From: Octopus sinensis
Lineage: Eukaryota
Assembly (NCBI RefSeq): GCF_006345805.1
Contig: NC_043004.1
Span: 92,256,001 to 92,320,000, forward strand
Direction of reading: 5' to 3'
Length of the DNA stretch: 64,000 bases
Shown here: piece by piece, positions 52,971 to 64,000 of the stretch
Layout of the letters: each line of letters begins with the position of its first letter
Position numbering within the stretch: position 1 is the first letter of the stretch
The notes under the pieces: generated by a model
What the model was told of the DNA's origin: nothing
Database searches by the model: none
Seen by the model: the letters and a program-made list of their open reading frames with translations, nothing else
Program-made: the position numbers and the translations under genes

Positions 52971-53349
52971 AAAGGAACTTTTGTCATTATCATGAATGAG
53001 GTGGTTTTGAAAAATCTGCAAGAGAACTTGAGCTCACCATTGCAACCTAACAAAATAACTTTTTGCCGCTCTGTTACTGTCTACAACAGCAAGTTGCTCC
53101 CATTCTCTAGTGTGTACCCCTAAGTGAATTTGCCAAAATACGTTCAATAGTCAATGTCAACGCTGTCTTAAGATGGGAACAGTTGACATGTCGTTTGTTA
53201 TGCAACGACTTATCGTCTTGACCATCCTTTAAATGGAGCATGCGCGTGGAAACATCATTGATTGGCTTTCAAGTTGAATCAAAGAAGTAGAAGGAAAGAT
53301 TGACTATAAAACAGCCCGGCGTAGTTTTTAATTAAGTCTCAGAAACGCA

Positions 53350-56070
53350 TTCACATAATCTGTCATAGCCTGACAGTCTCCACCTTCATCCCTTCACACT
53401 GAAACACTGTAAGCATAAATAAATGTATAAATATGTCCTCTACTCTGGTGGGACACATGATTAAAGCGAATGACATTCAACGGCCGACTGTCATTTCGAA
53501 TGAGGAAGATAGGACGTCAGCAAATTTGCCGTAAAACAGACAGACAGATGGAGATATGATTGGATTTATATGTCAGACACAGGAGGAGAATAAGTGACTG
53601 AAAAAAAATCGCTTAAACGCGCATAGAAAAGTAACAAAATAAATAACTGTCCTTCAGTAATAATGGACAACTTTTAATGGCCGTCTCTCAGTTCGAATGA
53701 GTAATATTTGCGGAGAGACTTTTCAGTCTGTATGATAGAGATATAGTTAATTTGATTAACTGTTAGGCATACAGACAGAACACTTGACTTCAGAATTACA
53801 GGAATACTCAGAAAATCTACGATAAAATATACGTAGAGCATTCATCGCATCACCTTCCTCGCTTAAATTTACGACTCGCACTGGAAGCCTCGCGATCGTT
53901 TCAGAAGCTCGGCTTTATCATCATTAAAAAATTCTCTTGTGGATACACAAACTCGTATAATAAAGACTGTATATCAAAGGCAAGCCTTTCTTTCCAGATC
54001 AAGTAATTGTATAAAGCTGAAGTGAAACTCTCATTGGGGTGCATATCTTGCATCTGGGATAATAATGTTGTTATACCAACCGATTTCGTAGACAGTATTC
54101 AAAGAGAGATCACTAAATTCATTAGGCATTCAATTACACTTCAGTCTCCACTCCACTACATGGACAGTGGGTTCTGTTTTACGGAGCGTATTGATCTTGT
54201 ACCACCTCTGTTTAGGCATTTACGTTTCATTCTTCCAATCCGTCCATCACACTACTATGTCCAGTCATAACATCCCAGACGACAATACATCATAACTCCT
54301 TCCCTGCCCATGTTTCTTATGCAACTGTTGTTTTGCAATAGTTTTAGCAGTCGTTAAGGGCATCAATCTCATAGGTCTCCGAAATTCTGTGAAGGTCTTG
54401 GGAGTCGTACGTTCCTTCTGATGAAACTAAAATGCAATATAAAAAGCTAATGACTATTAATGACTATATTGTCAATTTGAATGAATAAATTAGAACTATG
54501 AATTTTCCTATTGAAAAAATATCTGTCTGCTTAAGTTATGTTTGATTTGGCAAATCGTCAGACATTTGGATTGACGTCGTGTCAAAGTGTTGACAGCGCA
54601 TACAGAGGAAAAACAGATGTAAAGTTGAATATGAATAAAGCAGACGACACATAATGGCTGACAGTCAAACCGAATTAAGAAAGTACAATGATAGATTTTC
54701 CTTTAAAGCGCCTAACAACGCTTGAGTTGAAATAACTGTCAGACATTCATGCAGACGTAAATAACAGCTAAAGGATTGAGAGGCACAAACACATACAATG
54801 AAAGCGATAAAACAGTATATAAATACGTCATTCAATAAAACGAAACTCGAATAAAGTAGATAATATACAATGCCTGACTGTCATATTGAAGGGAGAAAGT
54901 ACAAAGGTAGACAGTGTTTTAAAAGAGATTATCTGACGGACTTAGAATTCATTATTATACCCTTACCTTAAAAATTATTGCGACTTTAACACATTAAGAC
55001 GCTCTTCTTTATTTGTAATATTTTTCCTTTCGTTGATTTTACTCTAGTTCTATCTGTTTAATCTGACCTCTTGAATGAGAACCTCCAAGTATTCATTAAT
55101 TAGTTGTTCGTTTTGCTTTTTTCTTTACTCAATTACGCTTTAAAATGTTTACACTCATATTATTTAGTTTAAACCTGCTTAAAAAAAAAAATTGAGAGAA
55201 AATTATTTTCTTTATCCGTTTGGGGTGACAACACACTCTCCTGTGGCGGAAGTTAACATTACGATAAACGATCGAAATACACAGACGGACTGGTTGAGAG
55301 ACTAACAAACAGGTATTATCATGTTAGATGAATTGTAAATCAAACTGACCGAATGACTGCCTGATATACTAACTAAATGATATGAATGGAGAAAATAAAT
55401 AAATGTATGGGAATAAATAAACAACCAAATAAATGAAATGAAGCTTTCACTAGTTTGGAACATATCTAAAAAACAGACGACTTGCAATTGCCGATAGACA
55501 CATCCAAAGAAAAAATATAAAGATAAACTTCAGTATAAATCGGACTGTCTGACGGTGATATGGTTGATTAACTGGTAGACATACTGTCAGACATAACGAT
55601 AGAGAGAAAAAAATATGATAATAGTAGCCTGACTAGGAAACAGGTCGCAGACAGCATAAGTTTCTGTCAGATGGATGAAATAATGAAAAGATTCAACGAG
55701 ATGGAAGAAAAAGATATGTATATGTAAGTAGATAAATCAATAAACTACAGTAAGGAAGTAAATAAATAGAAGTTTACTTCCAAATATCAATATTTTCAAC
55801 ATGGCTAAGGAAGGTGGAGTCATAATAAATAAAAAAAAAGAAGCAAAATTCGATTCTACCTTTCAGAAACGGAGCGACTCAACTTTTCCTATTTCTGCAG
55901 TCGGTAAAATAGGCGCAAGTTTTATAATGGGACTCAATTCAATGAACTATAGCCTTTCTGAATAAGTCTCTAACCTTGTGTTTATGTCAGAAACGATTGT
56001 TATTAATTGTTGTTAAATGTTATTGTAGGATATACATACTGACCAAGTGACTGCCTGATACACTAACTGA
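53350..56070. promoter_or_regulatory. Microsatellite-free block enriched for TGACAG/CTGTCA and CTGAC/GTCAG motifs (candidate cis-regulatory cluster)
   Basis: Nine perfect TGACAG/CTGTCA hexamers counted at 53360, 53371, 53488, 54591, 54659, 54736, 54878, 55584 and 55664; duplicated 31-mer at 55344 and 56038. Confidence 0.4.
54007..54270 (+). pseudogene. Possible ancient L1/Tx1-type ORF2 fragment
   Basis: VIPTDFVDSIQREITKFI weakly resembles the post-RT L1 motif IPxxFFxxLxxxIxKFIW; stop codon immediately upstream. Confidence 0.25.
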
Positions 56071-56193
56071 AATCTAAAACAGCAGATTAAATATTCTGTT
56101 GCGTATATTTCTATCTCTTTACATTCGGAGTTCAAATCCTACAAAGCATGGCTTTGCCTTTCGACTCTTAAAGTTGAGACGATAAATACCGAG

Positions 56194-56272
<79 letters not shown>

Positions 56273-57490
56273 TATGAATTAAAGTGGATTCAAGCAACTA
56301 TAATACTCTCGTACAAATTTCCATCCTTTTATCAGTATAAGAAATGAAGTGGAAACTCGTTACATGGCCAGTGAACAGGGGGAGAACTTTTCAGATGAAG
56401 AACTCCCGTCAAGCAATTTGGATTGGAGGGGCATTGTTTTAAAGATGAAGTTTCGTCCCTGTTTTAACTGCATAGAGTAGCTATATAAAGATTTCTCATT
56501 AGCTTGTGTAGCCCCTATTCTAAAGACATCGGGGAGATGGGAGGAGAGGGGAAGGGTAGTTGTCTGATACATTACGATACTCAACTTTTCATAGTGTCTC
56601 CATTTTAAGTATGTTAAAGTCTCTTATGAAGAACAACTGCTACATGAAGCAGACCACCCCTACTGACTGTCATGAAGCCGCCCATCAACACACTCCAGGC
56701 TCTAACCCACAATCATGTTCTACTCATCTTTTACCGAGTTATTGCAGTAGCCTCTATTCCTTCAATCTGGCTTGCCTCTTTTATACTATTTCTACCGCGC
56801 TGGGCCTCCATTACCAACTGATCCCTAATCTCACATCCCGAATCATCAGCTCTATGAAATCCAAATCTATCCCCGTCTGTGTTTTCCCTCGGCGGCATCT
56901 GTATTGCAGCTATTCAAGAGAAACGTCGACCACGTTAATTTACCGATCTCGGAAGATCTGTAAGGCAATGGGTAAGGCCCTCTCTTGCAGATCAAGCCAT
57001 TAAGAAATGCATCCATAAGGAATCTTCCTCTGTATTCTATGTGGCTGCGATTACCAAGAACAAAACATTGTTTAATTATTGAATATCTAGTTTCTGTGTT
57101 ACGCCGAGCAAAAGAAAATGGCAGCTCACTTTTTAGCTAGATGATCCTTATTTGTGAATTTTAATTATACAACAGAACAAATAATTGGTATTGTGCTAAA
57201 ATAATGAAGGGTTATACATCCTAGACTGGACATGAGTTGTCTCTAACAACGATGTCGGAAAAGTATTATTAGAAATTTAGTTTGTTAAACAAAATACATG
57301 CAATGGTAATACAGATCATCTTATTTCTCTCCTCTACTGCCAATCTTTATACAGTTGCATGGGGGAAACATTAGGAAGTTGCTACACGGGCGCTTGACAT
57401 GTTAGAAATACCAGCCAAATCACACGCATCCCACCGCATTTTTAATGGGCACATTGGTTAATGTACCCACACACACACATACACACATAC

Positions 57491-57525
<35 letters not shown>

Positions 57526-58955
57526 AGAGAGAGAGAAAGAGAGAGAGAGAGAAACAGACAGACAGAAATATACACAAAATGCTAAACGTATGTGTGTGTG
57601 TATGTGTGTGTGTGTGTGTATGAGCGTTTGTGTGTGTGAAGAGGTGACATGTACAAGCTGGATCGCCTTTTATCATATGTATTCTCAGTCAGATCGTAAC
57701 AACGGCCACACAGCAAGAACATTAACGGTGGAAAGATCCTCTTGACATAACAACTAAATATCTCTCAAATCACACTTAGATGGTAGAGTGTGAAAAAAAG
57801 CACATCAATAAGCGCCTTTGATTACATCATTTGCCGAATAAACCTGGAGGTTATACAATAAAAAGAACAGGAGCTGTAAATTATATTTGCGTAAAAAAAT
57901 GACACTGATTCTTCGATAATACTTTGAAAACTCCGTAATTGATTCGTTCGCTTATATTTTAAAGTGCGAAACAGCTTTTACTGAGGGAAAATTTGGTTGC
58001 TACATTGAGCTAATACAAGAGAATGTATATAAAATTGTTGATCCTCTATTATTTAGCAAGCATTTAATACAGGTTCGTTGGCTATTGTGAGGCGACGTAA
58101 TGTTAAGTAGAGAAGACATCTTCTCTTGGATAAGACACTAGACTATCACAATCAACTTTCTCCATCGGGTCTGGCGATAACTTGCAAAGAGTGGTGTCAA
58201 GTAAGTGTGTGATGGAAATTTCCAATGTGTTTTGCTCAACTACAGTTGCTCAGAATTTTTTGGGCGTCCCCTATCTTTGAAAGAAGACACTTGCCAATAG
58301 TACTATGCATTGTTATCGAACTCAAAGTCAGGAAGCAAATTTTTTGCAACGAAATTGCGGCTCTTTCAGGGTTAACCAATGTATTATTTGTGAAGCTTTT
58401 TAAACAGAAGTTGATATAAAATTTGCCGAGGAAAAGTATATTTTGCACTTCTATACTTTATACTTTGAAAGAGAGCTTTTCCATTCAGATCGATGTATAG
58501 AATAAATATATAATTTCACATATGTTTTGTGTGCGCGCGCCAGTGTGTGTATCTACCACCCACGATATATAGGCTAAATGCAAAACAGTAGCACAAAATA
58601 CGGTAGAAGAAGGATATCCAAGAGTCATGATCTACATGCGGCCCAGCCCTTTAGATGTACCAGATTGAAATGAATACTGGGATCGATATTTTTAAATTTT
58701 GTTCATTGGTTTTGATCCAATAACGGAAGCGTGTAAAATCATACAAGTGTTTCAGTTAATTGCAAATACCCCAATAACTACTTTCATATTGTATATATTG
58801 TATTGATTTTTCTTTTAATGAATTACTAACTTATGCATTTTAACACAAAAGATTTTTCAACTCGTTGAACATAAACATACAAAAGCTCATACATATATGT
58901 ATATATGTATATATATATAAGTGTGTATATGTATATATATATAAGTGTGTATATG

Positions 58956-59024
<69 letters not shown>

Positions 59025-59040
59025 AGTGTGTGTGTGTATA

Positions 59041-59250
59041 TGTTTGTGTGTCTGTGTTTGTCGCCCTAGCATTGCTTGAAAACCGATGCTGGTGTGTTTA
59101 CGTCCCCGTCACTTAGCGGTTCGGCAAAAGAGACCGATAGAATAAGTACTGGGCTTACAAAGAATAAGTCCTGGGGTCGATTTGCTCGACTAAAGGCGGT
59201 GCTCCAGCATGGCCGCAGTCAAATGACTGAAACAAGTAAAAGAGATATAC
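59041..59250 (+). mobile_element. SINE family A 3' half
   Basis: cctagcattgcttgaaaaccgatgctgg...ggcggtgctccagcatggccgcagtcaaatgactgaaacaagtaaaagag; no head upstream of the microsatellite. Confidence 0.85.
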
Positions 59251-59259
59251 GCGCATATA

Positions 59260-60880
59260 TATTATTTTATTCTTTTATTATTTTACACATTTCAGCCCTA
59301 ATGTTGTGGCCATGCTGGAGCACCGCCAGTGTAATCACCTTTTCAATGGCCAATCTTATGTGATTGTCGTTCGGTGAAGGAGGGAGTTCAACACTGCTGC
59401 CCTCTTTTGAATCACCCGCCTTGATATTGGTTAATCTGGGACCTTGGATATCAGGAGGCCAAGCTGTTTCTTGTCCCACTCCATGAAGGTCCTGCAAATG
59501 TTTTAGCAAGTCGGTAAATAGCCGTGGGTCCTTGAATCCCAAACTATTGCAGCAAATAATCCTCACTCTAGATGAGATAGCTGGGACCTTTAGAACAGTG
59601 CAGTGACGTCCAGTTCGATACCAAAACTCCTCCAGGCTCTTTCATACCTCTCCCGTCTTCGCTCCAGAGAGTAGGGTCGTAGTTATTTCAGTTTCCTCCC
59701 AGTAGCTCAGTTGTTCCATTGATGCGATCTTTTTTGTATAACATTGCTGAACTGCCTCAAGTTCCGTTATTAATCTGACACTGTAAGGTGACCACATTTG
59801 AGAGCAGTAGTCCAGATGGCTGAAGACAAATGTCCTCAGTTGAACCGTATATTTTACTTGTCCCCTGTTCTGAAGGTTCACAGAATCCATCCAGCCATTC
59901 GCCTGCACGCTGCCACCATCTTGGTGATATGCATGTGAAACAAAGCATCGTTGCTCATATCAATCCCGAGATCATACACTGTACGTGATTCTGGATTTGC
60001 CGCACCTTTTGGTCCAAAGTATCGTTGTTGCGACCTGTGAACACCAATTAGCTGATAGCAGAGGGCTTGAAATTTGCCTGCATTAAATTGCATGTTGTTA
60101 TCCTCAGCCCATTTATATATGGCATCTAGGTCATTCTGCCGAAGATTAGCATCAGAAGGTCCCTTGACTGTTTGTTCTAGTTTTGTGTCATGGACATAGC
60201 TAGTAATTATGGCTGTCTGTGTAACTGATGGCATGTCTGAAAGAGCCACGATGAACAACGGCTCCAATACAGTTCACTAAGGCACTCTGCTTTCTATTAC
60301 TGTCTCCATGGAGACGACTCCATTGGCTACCTCCATTGGCTATTTAAGAAGTCATGCAATCACTTTCCAAGTTTTCTGGCTATGTCAAGTCTCCGTAGCT
60401 TGTGACATCCTATGATCAACTTTATCAAAAGCCTTTCCAAAGTCAAGATACATCACATCCACGTTTGAGAGATTCCTTAATTGTTTCATCACCCAGTTAT
60501 AGTGCTGCAAAAGTTGTGTAAGGCAGCTTCTTCCTGAGCAAAAGCCATCTTGGGTGTCAGGAGGTAAGTCATTATCTTCAAGGAACGTAATGTGTTTCTT
60601 CCTGACAATGTGATCCATGATTTTGTTGACATGGGAGGCTAGAGAGGCAGGTCTGTAATTTTTGGTATCTGCTCTGCTACCTCCCTTATGCTTTTCTTTA
60701 ACATTTTGGGGGGAAGTTTCCCTGTTATGAAGAAGCTCTGAAAGAGAATCTGAAGTGGTCTTGATAGAATCCCTTTGTGTTATTTTAGGAGGATTGATGG
60801 GAATCCATCAGGGCCTATAGTCGAGCTGTAGCTCATTTCATTATTGATCGATATCACGCCTGTCTTCTCTGTTTTCATGG
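59260..60880 (-). mobile_element. CR1-clade LINE, 3' ~1.6 kb with disrupted RT
   Basis: QDGFCSGRSCLTQLL...MYLDFGKAFDKVDH, SYVHDTKL (YADD position), DLDAIYKWAEDNNMQFNAGKF, RTFVFSHLDYCSQMWSPY; the 3' end carries GGCGGTGCTCCAGCATGGCCAC. Confidence 0.9.
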
Positions 60881-61063
60881 TATCAATATTTGCCATTTCT
60901 TTGTGTAGAGGATCTCATCAGGCATAACGATTTACAAGTCCCCCAACGGAGTGATGAAAACAGTCTTGTATTGCATATTCAGCATTCATATATATATATT
61001 GGTAAAAAAGGTAAGATAACAAAAGAAAGAAAGAGACCTCAATATTATGTAAATAGAGGAATT

Positions 61064-61654
61064 TATCTGTAAATGTAATATGTGACAATTATTTGGTAGC
61101 CAAGATAAAACTCTGAGTTTCGGATGCCGAATATACATATATATATTAAGAAGCTTTCAGTAGAGCTGAAAGGCGGAAGGTGTTCGGAAAAGTTCTTCTA
61201 TGCAAGTGTTCTAGCCCTTAACACCTTACTGTTTGAGGGGCTGGGCTGCATCCAGATCATGACTTCTGTATTTCCTTCTTCTACTACATTCTATACTAAT
61301 GTTTGTATTTTGACCTACATCTTTCTCGCTGTTATTTGCGCACATATACACGCGCTCGCACGGTATTTGCAAATTACCAAAAGCGCGTTATATATGTCAT
61401 TCGGTAGATTCAATTTAATTATGATCTTTGTGTTAGTATAATTGTAAGTAGTGTCTCCGTGAAGAATTAAAGAGGGTGTCAAACACTAATGAAACTCTAT
61501 GGCAAGATTGCAACTAATGCAGCTGAGCCCCTTCATTCTATCCATATATACGCTAAACTTTACTGTAGAATAATGCATTTTTGTAATCATTATACAAAGA
61601 ATTATACAACTTGTCTTCTTGTCTTATGTACCATATATATATAAACGTAGAGGC

Positions 61655-61708
<54 letters not shown>

Positions 61709-61730
61709 ATATATATATATATGTGTAAAT

Positions 61731-61823
<93 letters not shown>

Positions 61824-61885
61824 GTAAATGTAATATGTGACAATTATTCGGTAGCCAAAATAAAACTCTGAGTTTCGGATGCCGA
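61064..61885 (-). repeat. 67 bp direct repeat (61064-61130 and 61819-61885), both copies next to (TA)-rich tracts
   Basis: tatctgtaaatgtaatatgtgacaattattYggtagccaaRataaaactctgagtttcggatgccga, two differences. Confidence 0.85.
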
Positions 61886-61949
61886 GGTGAAAATCCAGAC
61901 CACCATCTCTCAGTTATCCGGCCATCGATAGATAGATAGATAGATAGAT

Positions 61950-61973
<24 letters not shown>

Positions 61974-61989
<16 letters not shown>

Positions 61990-62186
61990 TTACTCCACAT
62001 GAGCTGTATTTGGGTGTTATTTCTAAATTTTCGGTATGTGGTGAAGCAACTTGTTGCTTAACCCTTACTTATATATATATATATATATATAAGTAAGGGT
62101 TAAGCAACAAGTTGCTTCACCACATACCGAAAATTTAGAAATAACAGCCAAAGACAGCTCATGTGGAGTAATATCTATCTATCTAT

Positions 62187-62187
<1 letters not shown>
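61974..62187. repeat. Loopless palindrome centred on (AT)10, 107 bp arms
   Basis: Position i pairs with 124161-i; two mismatches; includes mirrored (GATA)n/(TATC)n ends. Confidence 0.95.
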
Positions 62188-62234
<47 letters not shown>

Positions 62235-62237
<3 letters not shown>

Positions 62238-62770
62238 TATATGGGTACAGGACATCACCAACTGTAAACAACCTGAAATACGAAAACAACCGAGTTAAAT
62301 ACGCAAACAACGAAAGAGAAAATGGAAAACAGGACAAGTAACGAAGAAAGGCTCCTCATCAGTTGTTGGCTGCCTATCTACTCCCCAGTTCGAGCATTCA
62401 ACAATAATATGTGTCTTTGAAGACAGTTGCTCCCATAACTTCCAAAATAAAATTTTGGATCTATGGAGAGTCAAATTTGGGAACAAAAAGAGGACAGTAG
62501 AGACATATAAGAAAACCGAACGAAAATAAACATGGAGGGTCGTTAGACCAGAATGAAGGGAAATAGTGAACGCTAAGAGAAATATTTTCTTCGAAAAGAG
62601 AAAAGATAGAAGACGTCCAGTCTTTAGGATGCCGTGTAGGAAAATAAAGATGGTCACGTGAGGAAAAGAAAGATGGACGACGGTCACGTATGAGCAACGA
62701 GAGAAACAATAAAAGGAAGAGAGAGAGAGAGAGAGGCAGTCAGACAGATAGAACACGGAGAAGGGGAGGA
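62235..62770 (-). mobile_element. Penelope pLTR-like fragment docked at (TA)n, with a hammerhead relic at 62327-62368
   Basis: - strand: aacaa CTGATGA GGAG-ccttt-CTTC GTTA C TT GTC ctgtt (GAAA replaced by GTTA). Confidence 0.45.
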
Positions 62771-62893
62771 AAGAGGAATTAGAGATGGATGGGGGAGAAA
62801 ACAGTATAGAGTAGAGTCGCATCAAAAATGTTAAGATAAACTGATTTGTAAATGGATGCGTAGTGTTCAATCAAATAATAATAATATAATAAT

Positions 62894-62974
<81 letters not shown>

Positions 62975-63009
62975 CGCACTCTAATGACAGAAATGAGATA
63001 GAGATATAT

Positions 63010-63115
63010 ACAGTAAAGTCGACCTCGGTGGAATTTGAGCTCCGAACAACACAGACGAAACCCGCTAACCATTTTCTCCGGCGTACCAACGGTTCTGCCA
63101 GCGCATTGCCTTAAT
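63010..63115 (-). mobile_element. SINE family B 5' half
   Basis: aaagtcgacctcggtggaatttgagctccgaac...ttctgccagcgc. Confidence 0.7.
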
Positions 63116-63324
63116 CTACTCATTCATATTAGTTCTAACAAAGGTGATGCGACGACCATTTAAGCATGTCTATTGCCTGAGTCGAGAACAGCGTCATTAG
63201 ATCTCGGTGTAAATCCATAAAGCTGATAATAATTATTATTTTCCGAACCAAGTGACTCAATTCCTTGACTGGTACTTTATGTCACCGATTTTTATTTTAT
63301 TTTATATTAATATATTTATTTATT

Positions 63325-63510
63325 CAGGCCGCGAGCTGGTAGAATCATTAGCACTCCGGGCAAAATGCTATACCGGCATATCTTCCGTCTTTACATTCTA
63401 AGTTCATATTCCGCCGAGGTCGACTTTGCCTTTCATTCTTTCTGGGCCGATAAAATAAGCACAAGTGAAATCCCCCTTCCCCCAAATTTCAGTTCTTGTG
63501 CCTTTAGTAG
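63325..63510 (+). mobile_element. SINE family B monomer
   Basis: gcgagctggtagaatcattagc...ttccgccgaggtcgactttgcctttcatt...cttgtgcctttagtagaaag. Confidence 0.75.
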
Positions 63511-63615
63511 AAAGATTTATTATATTTATTATATTTATGGTACATAATTTTATTTACTTTACCAAGATAGCTCTCTATGTAGTCACTAAAACCTGTTAAA
63601 ATTAACAGGCACTAA

Positions 63616-64000
63616 GGTGGCGAGCTGGCAGAAACGTTAGCACGCCGGGCTAAATGCGTAGCCGTATTTCGTCTGTCGCTACGTTCTGAGTTCAGGTTCC
63701 GCCGAGGTCGACTTTGCCTTTCATCCTTTCGGGGTCGATTAAACAAGTACCTATTACGCACTGGGGTCGATATAATTGACTTAATCCGTTTGTCTGTCCT
63801 TGTTTGTCTCATTTGTGTTTAGCCCATTGTGGGTAGTAAAGAAATAGGTATTTCGTCGGCCGCTATGTTCTGAGTTCAAATTCCGCCGATGTCAACTTTG
63901 CCTTTCATCCTTTTGGGGTCGATAGATTAGGTACCATTTATGCACTGGGTCGATATAATCGACTTAATCCGTTTGTCTGTCTTTGTTTGTCCCTTCTGTG
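63616..64000 (+). mobile_element. SINE family B multimer, running off the window end
   Basis: Full head, then the junction gtagtaaagaaataggtatttcgtc at ~63833-63857, then a second unit. Confidence 0.9.

Noticed and set aside
54955-54985. - strand aatttttaag|gtaagg as a recursive site
   Set aside because: The pyrimidine tract is only ~5 nt, far weaker than the two + strand sites.
56360-57003. 147 aa + ORF and higher-complexity sequence
   Set aside because: No domain recognised; more likely an old LINE remnant on the - strand, but too decayed to classify.
61860-61925. - strand GGAT...ATCC-GAAAC
   Set aside because: No correctly positioned core or stem I.

Overview
AT-rich, microsatellite-dense eukaryotic DNA with no supportable intact protein-coding exon. 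Most ORF-track entries are translations of simple repeats or antisense reads of decayed transposons. The repeat content (tRNA-headed SINEs, (TA)n/(TATG)n/(CTAT)n arrays) resembles an octopus-type cephalopod genome; this is inference from recall, not a database result. Recognisable elements: three SINE families, two non-autonomous Helitrons, a decayed Neptune-like Penelope element (RT + GIY-YIG), CR1-clade LINE pieces, R4/Dong-like and HERO-like LINE fragments and a DD37-spaced maT/Tc1-mariner relic. Three signals stand out. (1) Two strong, same-strand acceptor/donor fusions (polypyrimidine-AG|GTAAG) at 2464/2465 and 50400/50401, each followed by a second donor, look like recursive-splicing ratchet points in a long + strand intron. 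(2) A diverse set of minimal type-I hammerhead ribozyme motifs, including a U3-A8 core covariant and one inside an inverted-repeat-bounded element, lies mostly in segments abutting (TA)n arrays. (3) A ~2.7 kb microsatellite-free block (53.35-56.07 kb) is enriched on both strands for TGACAG/CTGAC motifs and carries a duplicated 31-nt motif. Three long near-perfect palindromes are also present. All calls were made by eye; boundaries of decayed elements are approximate.
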